Positions 47,438 to 57,052 of a stretch of 64,000 nt of DNA are shown here, one piece after another (positions within the stretch are counted from its first letter, which is position 1; each line of letters opens with the position of its first letter). This DNA is from an uncultured archaeon (GTDB taxonomy: Archaea > Asgardarchaeota > Hermodarchaeia > Hermodarchaeales > Hermodarchaeaceae): assembly GCA_964347045.1 (NCBI GenBank), contig CAYFXC010000004.1:46465-110464 (forward strand), in the 5' to 3' direction. The position numbers were made by a program, and so were the translations under genes. The notes beneath the pieces were generated by a model. The model did not search any database. It saw only the letters and a program-made list of their open reading frames with translations, and had not been told where the DNA came from.

Positions 47438-48397
47438 CTAAAATTCTACAGCGAGTTTGAGTTCGCGGACGAGTTCTTTATAACGATTACGCACGGTAAC
47501 TTCTGTGACGCGAGCGACCTCCGCAATTTCGCGTTGCGTTCGTCGTTCGCCCTCCATAATTGCTGAAATATATAGTGCAGATGCGGCAAGACCAGTGGGA
47601 TCTTTTCCGGCAGTAATGCCTTTCAAGCGCGCATCTTCGAGGATTTTTATGGCTCTTCGTTGGACGCGACTACTTAACCCAAGACTTTCAGCGAATCGCG
47701 GAATGAAGTTACTTGGATGAGAAATAGGCATTCGGACGTCAAGTCGACGAAGGAGTAACCGATAGCAGCGACCGAGTTCTTTCCGGTTAATCCGACTGTG
47801 GTAGGCGATTTCATCAAGAGTACAGGGCGCTTCTCGAAGCCGACAACCTGCATACATGGCTGCGGCAATCATTGCATCAATACTGCGACCTCGGATGAGT
47901 CGGCGTTCAAGTGCCCGTCGATACAGGACAGCAGCTGTTTCTTTTACAGTCTGGGATATGCCAAGTTGACTGCTGAGTCGATCTAGTTCACTCATTGCAC
48001 TGGCAAGGTTGCGTTCAATGCTTGAGTGAACACGTGATCGACGCTGCCATTTTCGGAGTCGATAAATTTCTGCACGTCGATTGGAGGTGATTTGACGACC
48101 AGCGGCATCACGATTTCGCCAGTCAATCATGGTGCTTAGATCATGATCTTGTAGGGCATAATTAATGGGACTTCCCGTTCGTGCTCGCTTATCACGTTCT
48201 TCAACGGTGAAGGCACGCCATTCAGGACCAGAATCAATGGTATTCTTATCTAGCACAAGCCCACAGTTCGCGCACGTGACTTCCCCTCGGCTCTCATCTC
48301 GAATCGCATCTCTTTCACCGCAGTCAGGGCATGGACGGTGTTCCTGCGAATCTTGGAATTGCCGATGTTTTTCATGAATTGAGGAATTTTCTTCCAT
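47438..48397 (-). CDS. tfb: Transcription initiation factor IIB (TFB), paralogue 1
   Basis: Zn ribbon CPDCG...CANCG, B-reader/linker GPEWRAF, two cyclin folds, and C-terminal EIAEVARVTEVTVRNRYKEL. Start set at ATG 48397 (MEENSS...). Confidence 0.93.
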   Translation of the reverse strand: MEENSSIHEKHRQFQDSQEHRPCPDCGERDAIRDESRGEVTCANCGLVLDKNTIDSGPEWRAFTVEERDKRARTGSPINYALQDHDLSTMIDWRNRDAAGRQITSNRRAEIYRLRKWQRRSRVHSSIERNLASAMSELDRLSSQLGISQTVKETAAVLYRRALERRLIRGRSIDAMIAAAMYAGCRLREAPCTLDEIAYHSRINRKELGRCYRLLLRRLDVRMPISHPSNFIPRFAESLGLSSRVQRRAIKILEDARLKGITAGKDPTGLAASALYISAIMEGERRTQREIAEVARVTEVTVRNRYKELVRELKLAVEF

Positions 48398-48407
48398 TGT
48401 ACATTCT

Positions 48408-48419
48408 TCTCCTAATATA
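48408..48419 (-). promoter_or_regulatory. TATATTAGGAGA element upstream of tfb paralogue 1 (candidate TATA-like/leader element)
   Basis: The plus strand reads tctcctaatata at 48408-48419, 11-22 nt upstream of the ATG. The identical 12-mer occurs upstream of the second tfb. Confidence 0.3.
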
Positions 48420-48674
48420 TGGTTAGGGAAGTTTAGGATGCATACGGTGCTTTGCATATCACGTCAAAGTGTTTCAAGGCGACCAAGAGGTTCAAAAGAG
48501 AACCTGGTTTGGTAGATTATCTAGCAAGATAAGGTAAATGTCGCCGCGTGACTCAACGATAACCTTATAAACTTTCCCATTTATTTTTTAGTTGAACAAG
48601 TATTTAAATGTTCGCTTTTTTATCGGATTAACCCAACGAGGAACAAGAAGCCACTAGATAGCTTCGATTTTTGA

Positions 48675-49646
48675 TTAAATTTCTACTAGCAGTTCAAGAA
48701 CGCGAACCATTTCCTTGTAACGATTACGAACGGTGACTTCGGTTACACGAGCAACGGCTGCAATTTCGCGTTGAGTTCGCCTTTCACCTTCTTGGATTGA
48801 AGCAATATAAAGTGTCGCTGCAGCCAGACCTGTGGGGTCTTTGCCCGCAGTTATTCCTTGGGCTTTAGCTTTATCGAGAATGTCAATGGCTCGACGTTGG
48901 ACTCGACTTGTTAGATCTAGAGCTTGCGCAAATCGAGGAACAAAGTCGGTTGGTTGTGAAATGGGTACCCGCATATCGAGCTTTCGAAGAAGAAGCCGAT
49001 AGCAGCGACCCAGTTCTTTTCGGTTAATCCGACTATGATGAGCAATCTCATCGAGGGTGCGAGGAACTTGTCGAAGTCTACAGCCGGCATAAACGCACGC
49101 CGCAATCATCGCTTCAATGCTTCGTCCACGAATTAAATGGCGTTCAACAGTTCGTCGATATAGAATCGCTGAAGCCTCTTTTACAGGCCGAGGAACACTG
49201 AGTTGACTAGTGATTCGATCGAGTTCACTCATTGCTCGAGCAAGATTTCGATCAATACTGGAATGAACACGAGTACGGATTTGCCATTTACGAAGCCGAT
49301 AGATTTGTGCTCGCAGACCTGGAGCAAGCTTTCGACCATTGGCATCACGATCTCGCCAATCGATGGTGGTGCTTAAACCTTTATCATGACGTGTGTAATC
49401 AATCGGGGCACCGGTACGGGCTCGCGCATCACGTTCTTCGCTTGTAAATGCCCGCCATTCAGGTCCATGGTCTACCATATGAGAATCTAGCACCAGTCCA
49501 CAACTTGTGCAGATAACTTCACCACGGACAGGATCACGAATCACGTCGGAGGTCCCACAGTCACTACAGTGGACTGCTGCGGCGTCAGATTGCTCCCGTT
49601 GACGCTGGGAGCGAGCAAATGAATCATTATGAATAGGATTTGCCAT
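48675..49646 (-). CDS. tfb: Transcription initiation factor IIB (TFB), paralogue 2
   Basis: Same architecture: CSDCG...CTSCG, GPEWRAF, HSRINRKELGRCYRLLLR, GITAGKDPTGLAA, VARVTEVTVRNRYKEM. Confidence 0.93.
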   Translation of the reverse strand: MANPIHNDSFARSQRQREQSDAAAVHCSDCGTSDVIRDPVRGEVICTSCGLVLDSHMVDHGPEWRAFTSEERDARARTGAPIDYTRHDKGLSTTIDWRDRDANGRKLAPGLRAQIYRLRKWQIRTRVHSSIDRNLARAMSELDRITSQLSVPRPVKEASAILYRRTVERHLIRGRSIEAMIAACVYAGCRLRQVPRTLDEIAHHSRINRKELGRCYRLLLRKLDMRVPISQPTDFVPRFAQALDLTSRVQRRAIDILDKAKAQGITAGKDPTGLAAATLYIASIQEGERRTQREIAAVARVTEVTVRNRYKEMVRVLELLVEI

Positions 49647-49689
49647 TTATTTTCTACCAATGATTTTGATGTTGCGCGGAGATATAGTC

Positions 49690-49701
49690 TCTCCTAATAT
49701 A
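49690..49701 (-). promoter_or_regulatory. TATATTAGGAGA element upstream of tfb paralogue 2
   Basis: The plus strand reads tctcctaatata at 49690-49701, 44-55 nt upstream of the ATG at 49646. It is identical to the 12-mer at 48408-48419. Confidence 0.3.
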
Positions 49702-49972
49702 CGAATGAACATCCTTTGGGAGGAACTCCGACAGGGATTTGAAACAGACGGAAACTCTTCGAAACTCATGAAAAGAATCCATGGGAATTGAGAGAGCGAG
49801 AGATGGCATATGAAATCGAGGAGTAACCTCGCGCAAAGTGACGAAACTTTTTTAAGGTTCCGAGTAGCGTTTGACACTTCTTTCTACTATAAAAATGTTA
49901 TTAATTTATCCGATTTTTTCGCCAAAACTGCCAAGCACTAATAAGTTCAATGAGAATCAGATCGATGATTTC

Positions 49973-50857
49973 TTAGATTGCTTTTCCACACGCATTACAA
50001 AACTGTGAGCCCCGTATAATAGTAGCATTACAATGAGGACAGCGCGACTGCCCTGCCGGAACTTGTTGTCCCGTCCCCTTTAGGTGTTTAGTTACTTTTC
50101 CTTTTAATGAGGCAATTGCTTGAGCACTAGGTGAACCCTCTTTAGATGGAAGAGGAGGAGAAGGAGCCTCTTCGATGGGATGTGGAGTCGGAATAGGAGG
50201 TGTTGGTGCTTCCGGCATCACTTGAGAAGGATGTCCTGCAGCGCTTTCTACGTCTGGAAAAGCAGGTGCAAGTTCAGCTCCAATTGATGTTTCAGCAGTG
50301 GGTTCAGCAAGAGGTGGAACCTGATCAGCAGGTTCGGGAGCAGTAACCACATACAGATCCGATCGACGGGTTACATACCCACTAACTCCAGTAATAAGCA
50401 GTCCAATGATGCCAATGAACAATGACCCAACGAGAAATTCAAGAAAAATTGCCAAGATAGATGTTCCGCCCGCTAACTCGCGGAGACTTGCCGCATAATT
50501 CGAAAGAATCGGCATAAAGGGTACGAACGAATTTACAAATAATTGAAAATCGTTCCAAGCCAAGATAATTGCATCCAAGTACAGAGGATGAAACTGAATA
50601 CCACCAATAAGTGTGGCACTGAGTGCGAGAAACGCCATCAGACCCATGTAAAGAATAAAGGAAATTAGTACGAGATGCAGGACACGAAGGCGTCCTACTC
50701 CTCCGATAATTAGACAAGCCATGATGAATCCCACCGGGATTAACCATGTTCGAATGGATAAGTCAATGAGAATGATCCCTGCAAGAAGAGTGAACAAAAT
50801 CATGGTTATTGTTCCAGTAAGGACGGCGAGTAGACTCCGATCCATTGGAAGCACCAA
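49973..50857 (-). CDS. Polytopic membrane protein with Pro-rich linker and C-terminal zinc ribbon
   Basis: About 6 TM helices, then PEPADQVPPLAEP...PTPPIPTPHPIEEAPSPPLP, ending CPHCNATIIRGSQFCNACGKAI. Confidence 0.5.
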   Translation of the reverse strand: MVLPMDRSLLAVLTGTITMILFTLLAGIILIDLSIRTWLIPVGFIMACLIIGGVGRLRVLHLVLISFILYMGLMAFLALSATLIGGIQFHPLYLDAIILAWNDFQLFVNSFVPFMPILSNYAASLRELAGGTSILAIFLEFLVGSLFIGIIGLLITGVSGYVTRRSDLYVVTAPEPADQVPPLAEPTAETSIGAELAPAFPDVESAAGHPSQVMPEAPTPPIPTPHPIEEAPSPPLPSKEGSPSAQAIASLKGKVTKHLKGTGQQVPAGQSRCPHCNATIIRGSQFCNACGKAI

Positions 50858-51179
50858 TATCTAGTGTTCTCCAAGATTCTTTATAAGGAGATTGTCAAGC
50901 TGTGCAGGTATTGCAAACTTTGGCGAGAATCGTAATACCTAAATATTGGATGGTAGAATGCGCAGATAATCGATTCGATTGTATTGGAGGTGTATTGCAT
51001 TATGCCAATCTTAGTATATTTTTCGCATTGGAAACATTCTATCTTTAGTGTAGGTGTAATTGCAGCCTCCAAAGATAGGCTCTAGTATAACCCGTTTTTT
51101 GGGAAAATCATTGGCCAACCCTATCGTTTTAACAACATAGAGAATCGGGCGTTTCAAGCCGGTATTTCTGTTGTTCGTG

Positions 51180-52043
51180 ATGATAGCGGCAAGGCGAATC
51201 AAAACAAGAGAAAGAGTTAGAAAAAAAGTGCCCAATGACCCAGCACCATATATCAGTACGCGCAGCCTAGCGCACCGTCAAATGAGTAAAATTGATGGCC
51301 AACGAGGACGATTGGAAGATCTACCAGAAATTACTTTATCCTCGGTCCGAGCGGAAGCTATTGCCACTCAGCTAGCGACCGATGTTAGTGGAACAATTAG
51401 CGCCGGAAAAGAGGCAACTGTTTTTTATGCATTCTGGCACGACTTCCCCCTTGCCTTGAAAGCCTACCGATTTTATGCCACGCCACATGCTAAGGGTGGA
51501 AAACGAAAAAAAATGGGGGGCGGAAAAACTGGTTTCTCAAAGGACATCATGAGTTACTGGGCAGCCCGTGAATTCTGGATTTTAGACCGAGCCTTTCGCG
51601 CAGGCGTCAAGGTTCCAACTCCCGCCCGACATATTGATAACATGTTTACAGCTCGCTTCTTAGGAGACAATGGAATTGCTGCACCACTCCTGAAGGATGC
51701 AACAGTTGAGCATCCACAACGAATCTTTGGTGAAATCATCGAAAGTATCTTTACCCTTTATCGCGTATTCATCATCCACGGCGATTTATCAGGATATAAT
51801 ATCCTCTTCTTAAATCAAGAGCCATGGATAATTGACTTCCCCCAAGCAATTGACTTCGCATCGAGACCTGGGCGACATCAGACTCTGAAAAAAGGTCGTT
51901 CAATTCTGTTACGAGATATCACTAATATTACCCGATTCTTCCAAAGCTATGGGATTTCTGCAGATCCAGTTGCACTTTGTGATGAATGTATGGACCAAAT
52001 TGGTGAACATGATCGTTTTGATCCAAAACTCTTTGTGCGCTAG
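51180..52043 (+). CDS. RIO-type serine/threonine protein kinase (RIO1-like)
   Basis: ISAGKEATVFYA (ATP loop), LKAYR, flexible Lys/Gly-rich loop, REFWILDRAFRAGVKVPTP, catalytic IHGDLSGYNIL, and metal-binding IIDFPQAIDF. The start is uncertain (TTG 51171 or ATG 51180). Confidence 0.8.
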   Translation: MIAARRIKTRERVRKKVPNDPAPYISTRSLAHRQMSKIDGQRGRLEDLPEITLSSVRAEAIATQLATDVSGTISAGKEATVFYAFWHDFPLALKAYRFYATPHAKGGKRKKMGGGKTGFSKDIMSYWAAREFWILDRAFRAGVKVPTPARHIDNMFTARFLGDNGIAAPLLKDATVEHPQRIFGEIIESIFTLYRVFIIHGDLSGYNILFLNQEPWIIDFPQAIDFASRPGRHQTLKKGRSILLRDITNITRFFQSYGISADPVALCDECMDQIGEHDRFDPKLFVR

Positions 52044-52852
52044 CCTGTAATGGTTGTTAGTCGACTAGGATGTGTGTAAACATTCATACGTGTACCTCTT
52101 ACAAACCCGATCAACGTTATGCCTGCAGCATCAGCCAATTCAATCCCTGAATCAACAGCTGCGCTAATTGAAGCCAAAATAGGAATTTGAGCTACAGCCA
52201 CTTTAAGAACTAAATCTGATGTCAATCGACCAGAGGATACAAGAAAGGATGTAGAAAGATCAATTTTCCGTTCAAGCCCTTTTCCAATAACACGATCCAC
52301 CGCATTATGACGCCCAATATCCTCAGCATGGACCATTAAGTGCCCATCCTGATCAGCTAAAGCCGCACCATGGGTTCCACCTGTAGTTTGATACAGTTGC
52401 ATCGCTTCGCCTAGGCGTAGAATCGCTTTTCGAATAATCGCCGGAGGTATGAAATAAGATGTCTTAACCGCAGGAAGGTCACAAGCTCGCCAAACCCCAA
52501 TCGCACTTTCTTCTGGTCCACATATACCGGATACTAATCGAGCTGTAGGCTTTAAATCGGTGACTTTAGTATGAAGGTCGCAGGCATCGGCTAGACGCAC
52601 TTTGGCTAAACGATTCTTCACGATTACTTGTAATACGTCAGAAGGCTGAGAAATGAGCCGTGAGGTGAAGAGTAATCCAATAATCAATGCACGAGGTTCA
52701 TCAGGTAATGTGTGGATAATAGCAAAATCTTCCTCACCAAGAGAATCAATCAATAATATCCGTAAACTCATTTCACGGACAACTGAATCCTGCATTTGCG
52801 AACAGCTATCTTGTTCACACCGGGATATGGATACTTTTCGAGTATTTGCCAT
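52040..52852 (-). CDS. fdhD: FdhD-family sulfurtransferase (formate dehydrogenase accessory protein)
   Basis: SGICGPEES (catalytic Cys loop), TGGTHGAAL, EDIGRHNAVDRVIG, SGRLTSDLVLKVA, and ITLIGFVRG. Confidence 0.85.
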   Translation of the reverse strand: MANTRKVSISRCEQDSCSQMQDSVVREMSLRILLIDSLGEEDFAIIHTLPDEPRALIIGLLFTSRLISQPSDVLQVIVKNRLAKVRLADACDLHTKVTDLKPTARLVSGICGPEESAIGVWRACDLPAVKTSYFIPPAIIRKAILRLGEAMQLYQTTGGTHGAALADQDGHLMVHAEDIGRHNAVDRVIGKGLERKIDLSTSFLVSSGRLTSDLVLKVAVAQIPILASISAAVDSGIELADAAGITLIGFVRGTRMNVYTHPSRLTTITG

Positions 52853-53085
52853 AGAAATCAGCTCTGTATAAGTAAATTATGTTTACGGGGTATCAATAAA
52901 TAATCACTGATTCGAGCATCTACTAGCCATGAAGTAAATTTTCAAACTTTCTAGCGTTTCATAGTATTTTGGAAGGTCTAGACCTATAATTTGAATTCGG
53001 AAATTAATACCCCAAAGAGACAGAAAATCACTTAAAGACTCCCTGAACAAAGCTCACTTGCAAATAAGATTTAGGTTGAATCTCT

Positions 53086-54750
53086 ATGAAGCGCGAACCG
53101 ATTCGAGCCTATCGTGGAACGCAGTTACATTGTAAGAACTGGCAGATCGAAGCCATTCTTCGAATGCTACAAAACAATCTGGATCCCGATGTTGCAAAAG
53201 ACTGGGAAAATCTCATAGTGTATGGCGGCACCGGTCAAGCCGCCAGAACCTGGGAGTGTTTTGATAAGATTGTGGAAACTCTGCTTAAATTAGAACCTAA
53301 TGAAACGATGCTAATTCAATCAGGAAAACCTGTAGCAGTTTTTAAAACCCACCTAGACGCCCCACGTGCTCTAATTGCCAATTCATTGATCGTTCCATTT
53401 TGGGCCACGGAAGAGAATTTCCATGAATTGTACAAGAAAGGCCTAACAATGTTCGGACAAATGACTGCAGGTTCATGGATTTATATTGCCACTCAAGGAA
53501 TCCTTCAAGGTACCTTCGAGACCTTTGCCGCAGTTGCAGATCAACACTTTGGAGGAACCCTAAAGGGGAAACTCACTCTTACAGGTGGCGTGGGGGCAAT
53601 GGGAGGAGCCCAACCTTTAGCAGTCACCTTCAATGAAGGTGTGATCATCGCAGTTGATGTTGATGAAGCCTCTATCGAAAAACGGATACGCGCAGGCTAT
53701 TGCGAGATGAAGACCGAAAGTCTTGATGAAGCTTTAGCATTAGCAGAAGAAGCTTTGAATAAGAAAACGCCTCGATCTATTGCGCTTGTCGGAAATACTG
53801 CCGAGACCCACCCTGAAATTGTCAAAAGAGGTATCAAAGTGGATGTGGTTACCGATCAGACTGCAGCCCATGACCCCTTGACAGGTTATTATCCTGCAGG
53901 CTACAGTATCGAAGAAGCTGATCGGTTACGTGAAAATGATCCCCAAGACTATATTCGCCATTCAAAAGAATCGATGATTCACCACGTCAAAGCAATATTA
54001 CAGCTTCAAGAGCGGGGAGCGATAGCGTTTGACTATGGGAATAATCTTCGACAACATACACACACTATTTCGTGGGATGAAAAAAGAAACCACTGGAAAT
54101 ACCCAGGTTTCGTTGAAGCCTATGTGCGTCCACTTTTCTGTGAAGGACGTGGTCCTTTCCGATGGGTCGCTTTATCCGGCGATCCTGACGATATTTACCG
54201 TACCGATGATTTGGTTCTAGAACTATTTCCTGAGAACTATATATTGAAACGATGGATCAAGCTAGCTCACGAAAAAGTCCAATTCGAAGGACTTCCAGCC
54301 CGTGTTTGCTGGCTGGGATATGGTGAACGTGCAAAGTTTGGCAAAGCCCTTAACGATCTAGTTGCCAGTGGGAAACTTAAAGCGCCAATTGTGATCGGTC
54401 GCGACCATCTCGACGCAGGTTCTGTTGCGTCTCCTAACCGCGAAACCGAAGGTATGCGCGATGGAAGTGACGCAATCGCCGATTGGCCCGTTCTCAATGT
54501 ACTCATCAATGCAATCGCAGGGGCAACATGGGTTTCATTACACCAAGGAGGAGGTGTTGGAATTCCATATGCAATCTCAGCAGGTCAAGTCTCGGTCGCA
54601 GATGGGACTCCTGAAGCAGAGCAAAGACTCTTACGTGTCTTAACAACAGACCCAGGTATGGGCGTTGCACGTCATGTTGACGCAGGATATCAAGAAGCAA
54701 TTAAATTTGCCAAAGAACAGGTTATCAAAATCCCTTTCCTCAACAACTAG
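53086..54750 (+). CDS. hutU: Urocanate hydratase
   Basis: 554 aa with [42 protein letters not shown]-like [28 protein letters not shown], and HQGGGVG. Confidence 0.93.
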   Translation: MKREPIRAYRGTQLHCKNWQIEAILRMLQNNLDPDVAKDWENLIVYGGTGQAARTWECFDKIVETLLKLEPNETMLIQSGKPVAVFKTHLDAPRALIANSLIVPFWATEENFHELYKKGLTMFGQMTAGSWIYIATQGILQGTFETFAAVADQHFGGTLKGKLTLTGGVGAMGGAQPLAVTFNEGVIIAVDVDEASIEKRIRAGYCEMKTESLDEALALAEEALNKKTPRSIALVGNTAETHPEIVKRGIKVDVVTDQTAAHDPLTGYYPAGYSIEEADRLRENDPQDYIRHSKESMIHHVKAILQLQERGAIAFDYGNNLRQHTHTISWDEKRNHWKYPGFVEAYVRPLFCEGRGPFRWVALSGDPDDIYRTDDLVLELFPENYILKRWIKLAHEKVQFEGLPARVCWLGYGERAKFGKALNDLVASGKLKAPIVIGRDHLDAGSVASPNRETEGMRDGSDAIADWPVLNVLINAIAGATWVSLHQGGGVGIPYAISAGQVSVADGTPEAEQRLLRVLTTDPGMGVARHVDAGYQEAIKFAKEQVIKIPFLNN

Positions 54751-54752
54751 GC

Positions 54753-55709
54753 ATGGTGGATATCTTGAAACAAATAGTGGAATGTGTACCCAATTTTAGT
54801 GTAGGCGATGACTCGAAAGCAATCGAGGCCATCGTTGAAGCGATTCGTCAAAGTAAAGGAGTTCACCTCCTCGATTATGAGCACGACACCGCATACAATC
54901 GCTTGGTCGTGACCTTTTTTGGTGAACCACAAGCCTGCAAAACGGCATTACTCAACGCTGGACGAGTAGCCGTGGAATGCCTTGATATGCGAAAACATAA
55001 GGGACAACATCCGCGAATCGGTGCATTGGATGTTGCACCTTTTGTTCCTATACGAAATATCACAATCGGAGAATGTATTCAGTTGGCGAAGGAATTTGGA
55101 AAAGCGTTCGCAGAAGAAAACCAAGTACCGGTCTATTTGTATGGAGAGGCGGCTGAAACTCCGGATAAAGGTGATGTTGACTGGATTCGAAAAGGGGAAT
55201 GGGAAGCACTAGAAAAGAACATGCAAGATCCTGAACGTCAACCTGCTTTTGGACCAAATAAACCACATCCAACCGCTGGAGCCACAATGACAGGTGCCCG
55301 AGAAGTAATGGTTGGCCTTAACATTAATTTGGGAACAACTGATTTACGTATAGCAAAAGCGGTTGCAAAAGCGATACATAAAAAGAAAGGTGGGCTGGTC
55401 CGAATCAAAGCCATGGGCTGTCTTTGGGAAGATAGAGGAATCACCCAAATTGGAATCACCAATACAGATTTTCGAAAATCCCCTCTTTATCGTCAATTCG
55501 AGCTTGTTAAAATTGAAGCCGCCCGATATGGCGTACCCGTTGTTGGTGCAGAGTTTTGTGGTCTTGTTCCCATTCAAGCTATCGTCGATGTAGCGAATTA
55601 CTATCTTCGCCTTGAAGGATTTAAGATGGATGATTTACTTGAAGTTGCAATTGACCGAAAACTCGCTGAAATTGATCCAAAGCACGCTAGTTCTCTTAGC
55701 CACGAGTAG
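54753..55709 (+). CDS. Glutamate formimidoyltransferase (FTCD N-terminal transferase domain only)
   Basis: VECVPNFSVG start motif, HPRIGALDVAPFVP, GEAA, and TAGATMTGAR, about 318 aa. No cyclodeaminase domain is attached. Confidence 0.85.
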   Translation: MVDILKQIVECVPNFSVGDDSKAIEAIVEAIRQSKGVHLLDYEHDTAYNRLVVTFFGEPQACKTALLNAGRVAVECLDMRKHKGQHPRIGALDVAPFVPIRNITIGECIQLAKEFGKAFAEENQVPVYLYGEAAETPDKGDVDWIRKGEWEALEKNMQDPERQPAFGPNKPHPTAGATMTGAREVMVGLNINLGTTDLRIAKAVAKAIHKKKGGLVRIKAMGCLWEDRGITQIGITNTDFRKSPLYRQFELVKIEAARYGVPVVGAEFCGLVPIQAIVDVANYYLRLEGFKMDDLLEVAIDRKLAEIDPKHASSLSHE

Positions 55710-55767
55710 ACTGGCAAAAGTCGATAAGATGTTGATTTATTAAGCCCAACTTCCTTCAGATGTAGTA

Positions 55768-57039
55768 ATGGAACGCCTAGATCTCGATCTGATCATTCTG
55801 AATGCTAACGAACTCCTGACCTTGAAGGGAGCCAGCCATACCCCAAAACTTGGTCACGATCTCAGAGAGTTAGGAATTATTGAAAATGGAGCAGTAGCCA
55901 TTCGAGGTAACCAAATTCTTGCCGTGGATTCTACCAAGAACATTAAGCGCTTAGTCAAACCAGGGAGTCATCCTCGTATTATCGACGCCAAGAACCGAAC
56001 CGTCCTGCCAGGCTTAATCGATGCCCATGCTCATCTAGCTTTTGCGGGTAGCCGTGAACGCGAATTTGTTCAAAAAATCCAAGGCAAATCCTACATGGAG
56101 ATTCTTGAATCCGGTGGTGGCATAAATGTCACAGTAAAAGCTACTCGAAAAGCAAGCAGGAATACTCTTGTACGCCAAGGACAAGCCACATTGGACCGCA
56201 TGCTCGAATACGGCACAACCACAGTTGAAGGAAAATCAGGGTATGGCCTTGAACCGAAGCATGAGTACAAGCAGCTTTTAGCAATCCGTGACTTGAATCT
56301 CATTCATCCCATTGAAATCGTTCCTACCTTTATGGGAGCGCATGTAGTGCCTACTAAACATAAGGAACATCCAGAAAATTATGTAAACTTAATTATTGAG
56401 AAGATGATCCCTACTATTGGAAAAAGAGGTCTAGCTGAATTTTGCGATGTGTTTACAGAAAAAGGCATCTTTGATATTGATCAGTCCCGTCGTATTCTAC
56501 TTGCAGGAAAAGCCCATGGACTTGTCCCGAAGATTCATGCGGATGAAATGACAACCTTTGGAGGAGCAGAACTTGCAGCAGAGGTTGGAGCGATCTCTGC
56601 AGATCATCTACTTAAGGTCTCAAAGAAGGGAATTAGATCATTAGCAAAAGAACAGGTTATTGCGGTTCTCTTACCTGCTACCGCATTTGTCTTAATGGAA
56701 AGAGAATATGCGCCTGCACGTGAACTCATCAATGCTGGAGTACCCGTTGCCATAGCTACAGACTTTAATCCAAACTGCATGACTGAATCAATGCAGTTGA
56801 TTATGACGCTAGCTTGCTTGAATATGAGGATGACTCCAGCAGAAGCAATTTCGGCAGCCACTATAAATGCCGCCCATGCCATTAACCGCTCACATATCTT
56901 AGGAAGTCTTGAACCTAACAAACAAGCCGATATTGTGATTATGGATGTGCCGAATCATGAACATATTCCTTACCATTTTGGTGTGAATTTGGTGGACAAA
57001 GTAATCAAAGCTGGACGGTTGGTCTATTCAGCGTCTTAA
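55768..57039 (+). CDS. hutI: Imidazolonepropionase
   Basis: Amidohydrolase fold: PGLIDAHAHL, TTVEGKSGYGL, KIHADE, ADHL, ATDFNP. Confidence 0.9.
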   Translation: MERLDLDLIILNANELLTLKGASHTPKLGHDLRELGIIENGAVAIRGNQILAVDSTKNIKRLVKPGSHPRIIDAKNRTVLPGLIDAHAHLAFAGSREREFVQKIQGKSYMEILESGGGINVTVKATRKASRNTLVRQGQATLDRMLEYGTTTVEGKSGYGLEPKHEYKQLLAIRDLNLIHPIEIVPTFMGAHVVPTKHKEHPENYVNLIIEKMIPTIGKRGLAEFCDVFTEKGIFDIDQSRRILLAGKAHGLVPKIHADEMTTFGGAELAAEVGAISADHLLKVSKKGIRSLAKEQVIAVLLPATAFVLMEREYAPARELINAGVPVAIATDFNPNCMTESMQLIMTLACLNMRMTPAEAISAATINAAHAINRSHILGSLEPNKQADIVIMDVPNHEHIPYHFGVNLVDKVIKAGRLVYSAS

Positions 57040-57052
57040 CATTCGTTCGGTG

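Noticed and set aside
49647-49877. 76-aa minus ORF ending exactly at the tfb paralogue-2 start codon (TAA-ATG), considered as a coupled upstream ORF
   Set aside because: It starts at a GTG, has no motif or plausible composition, and paralogue 1 has no counterpart. It is treated as a non-coding leader or promoter region.
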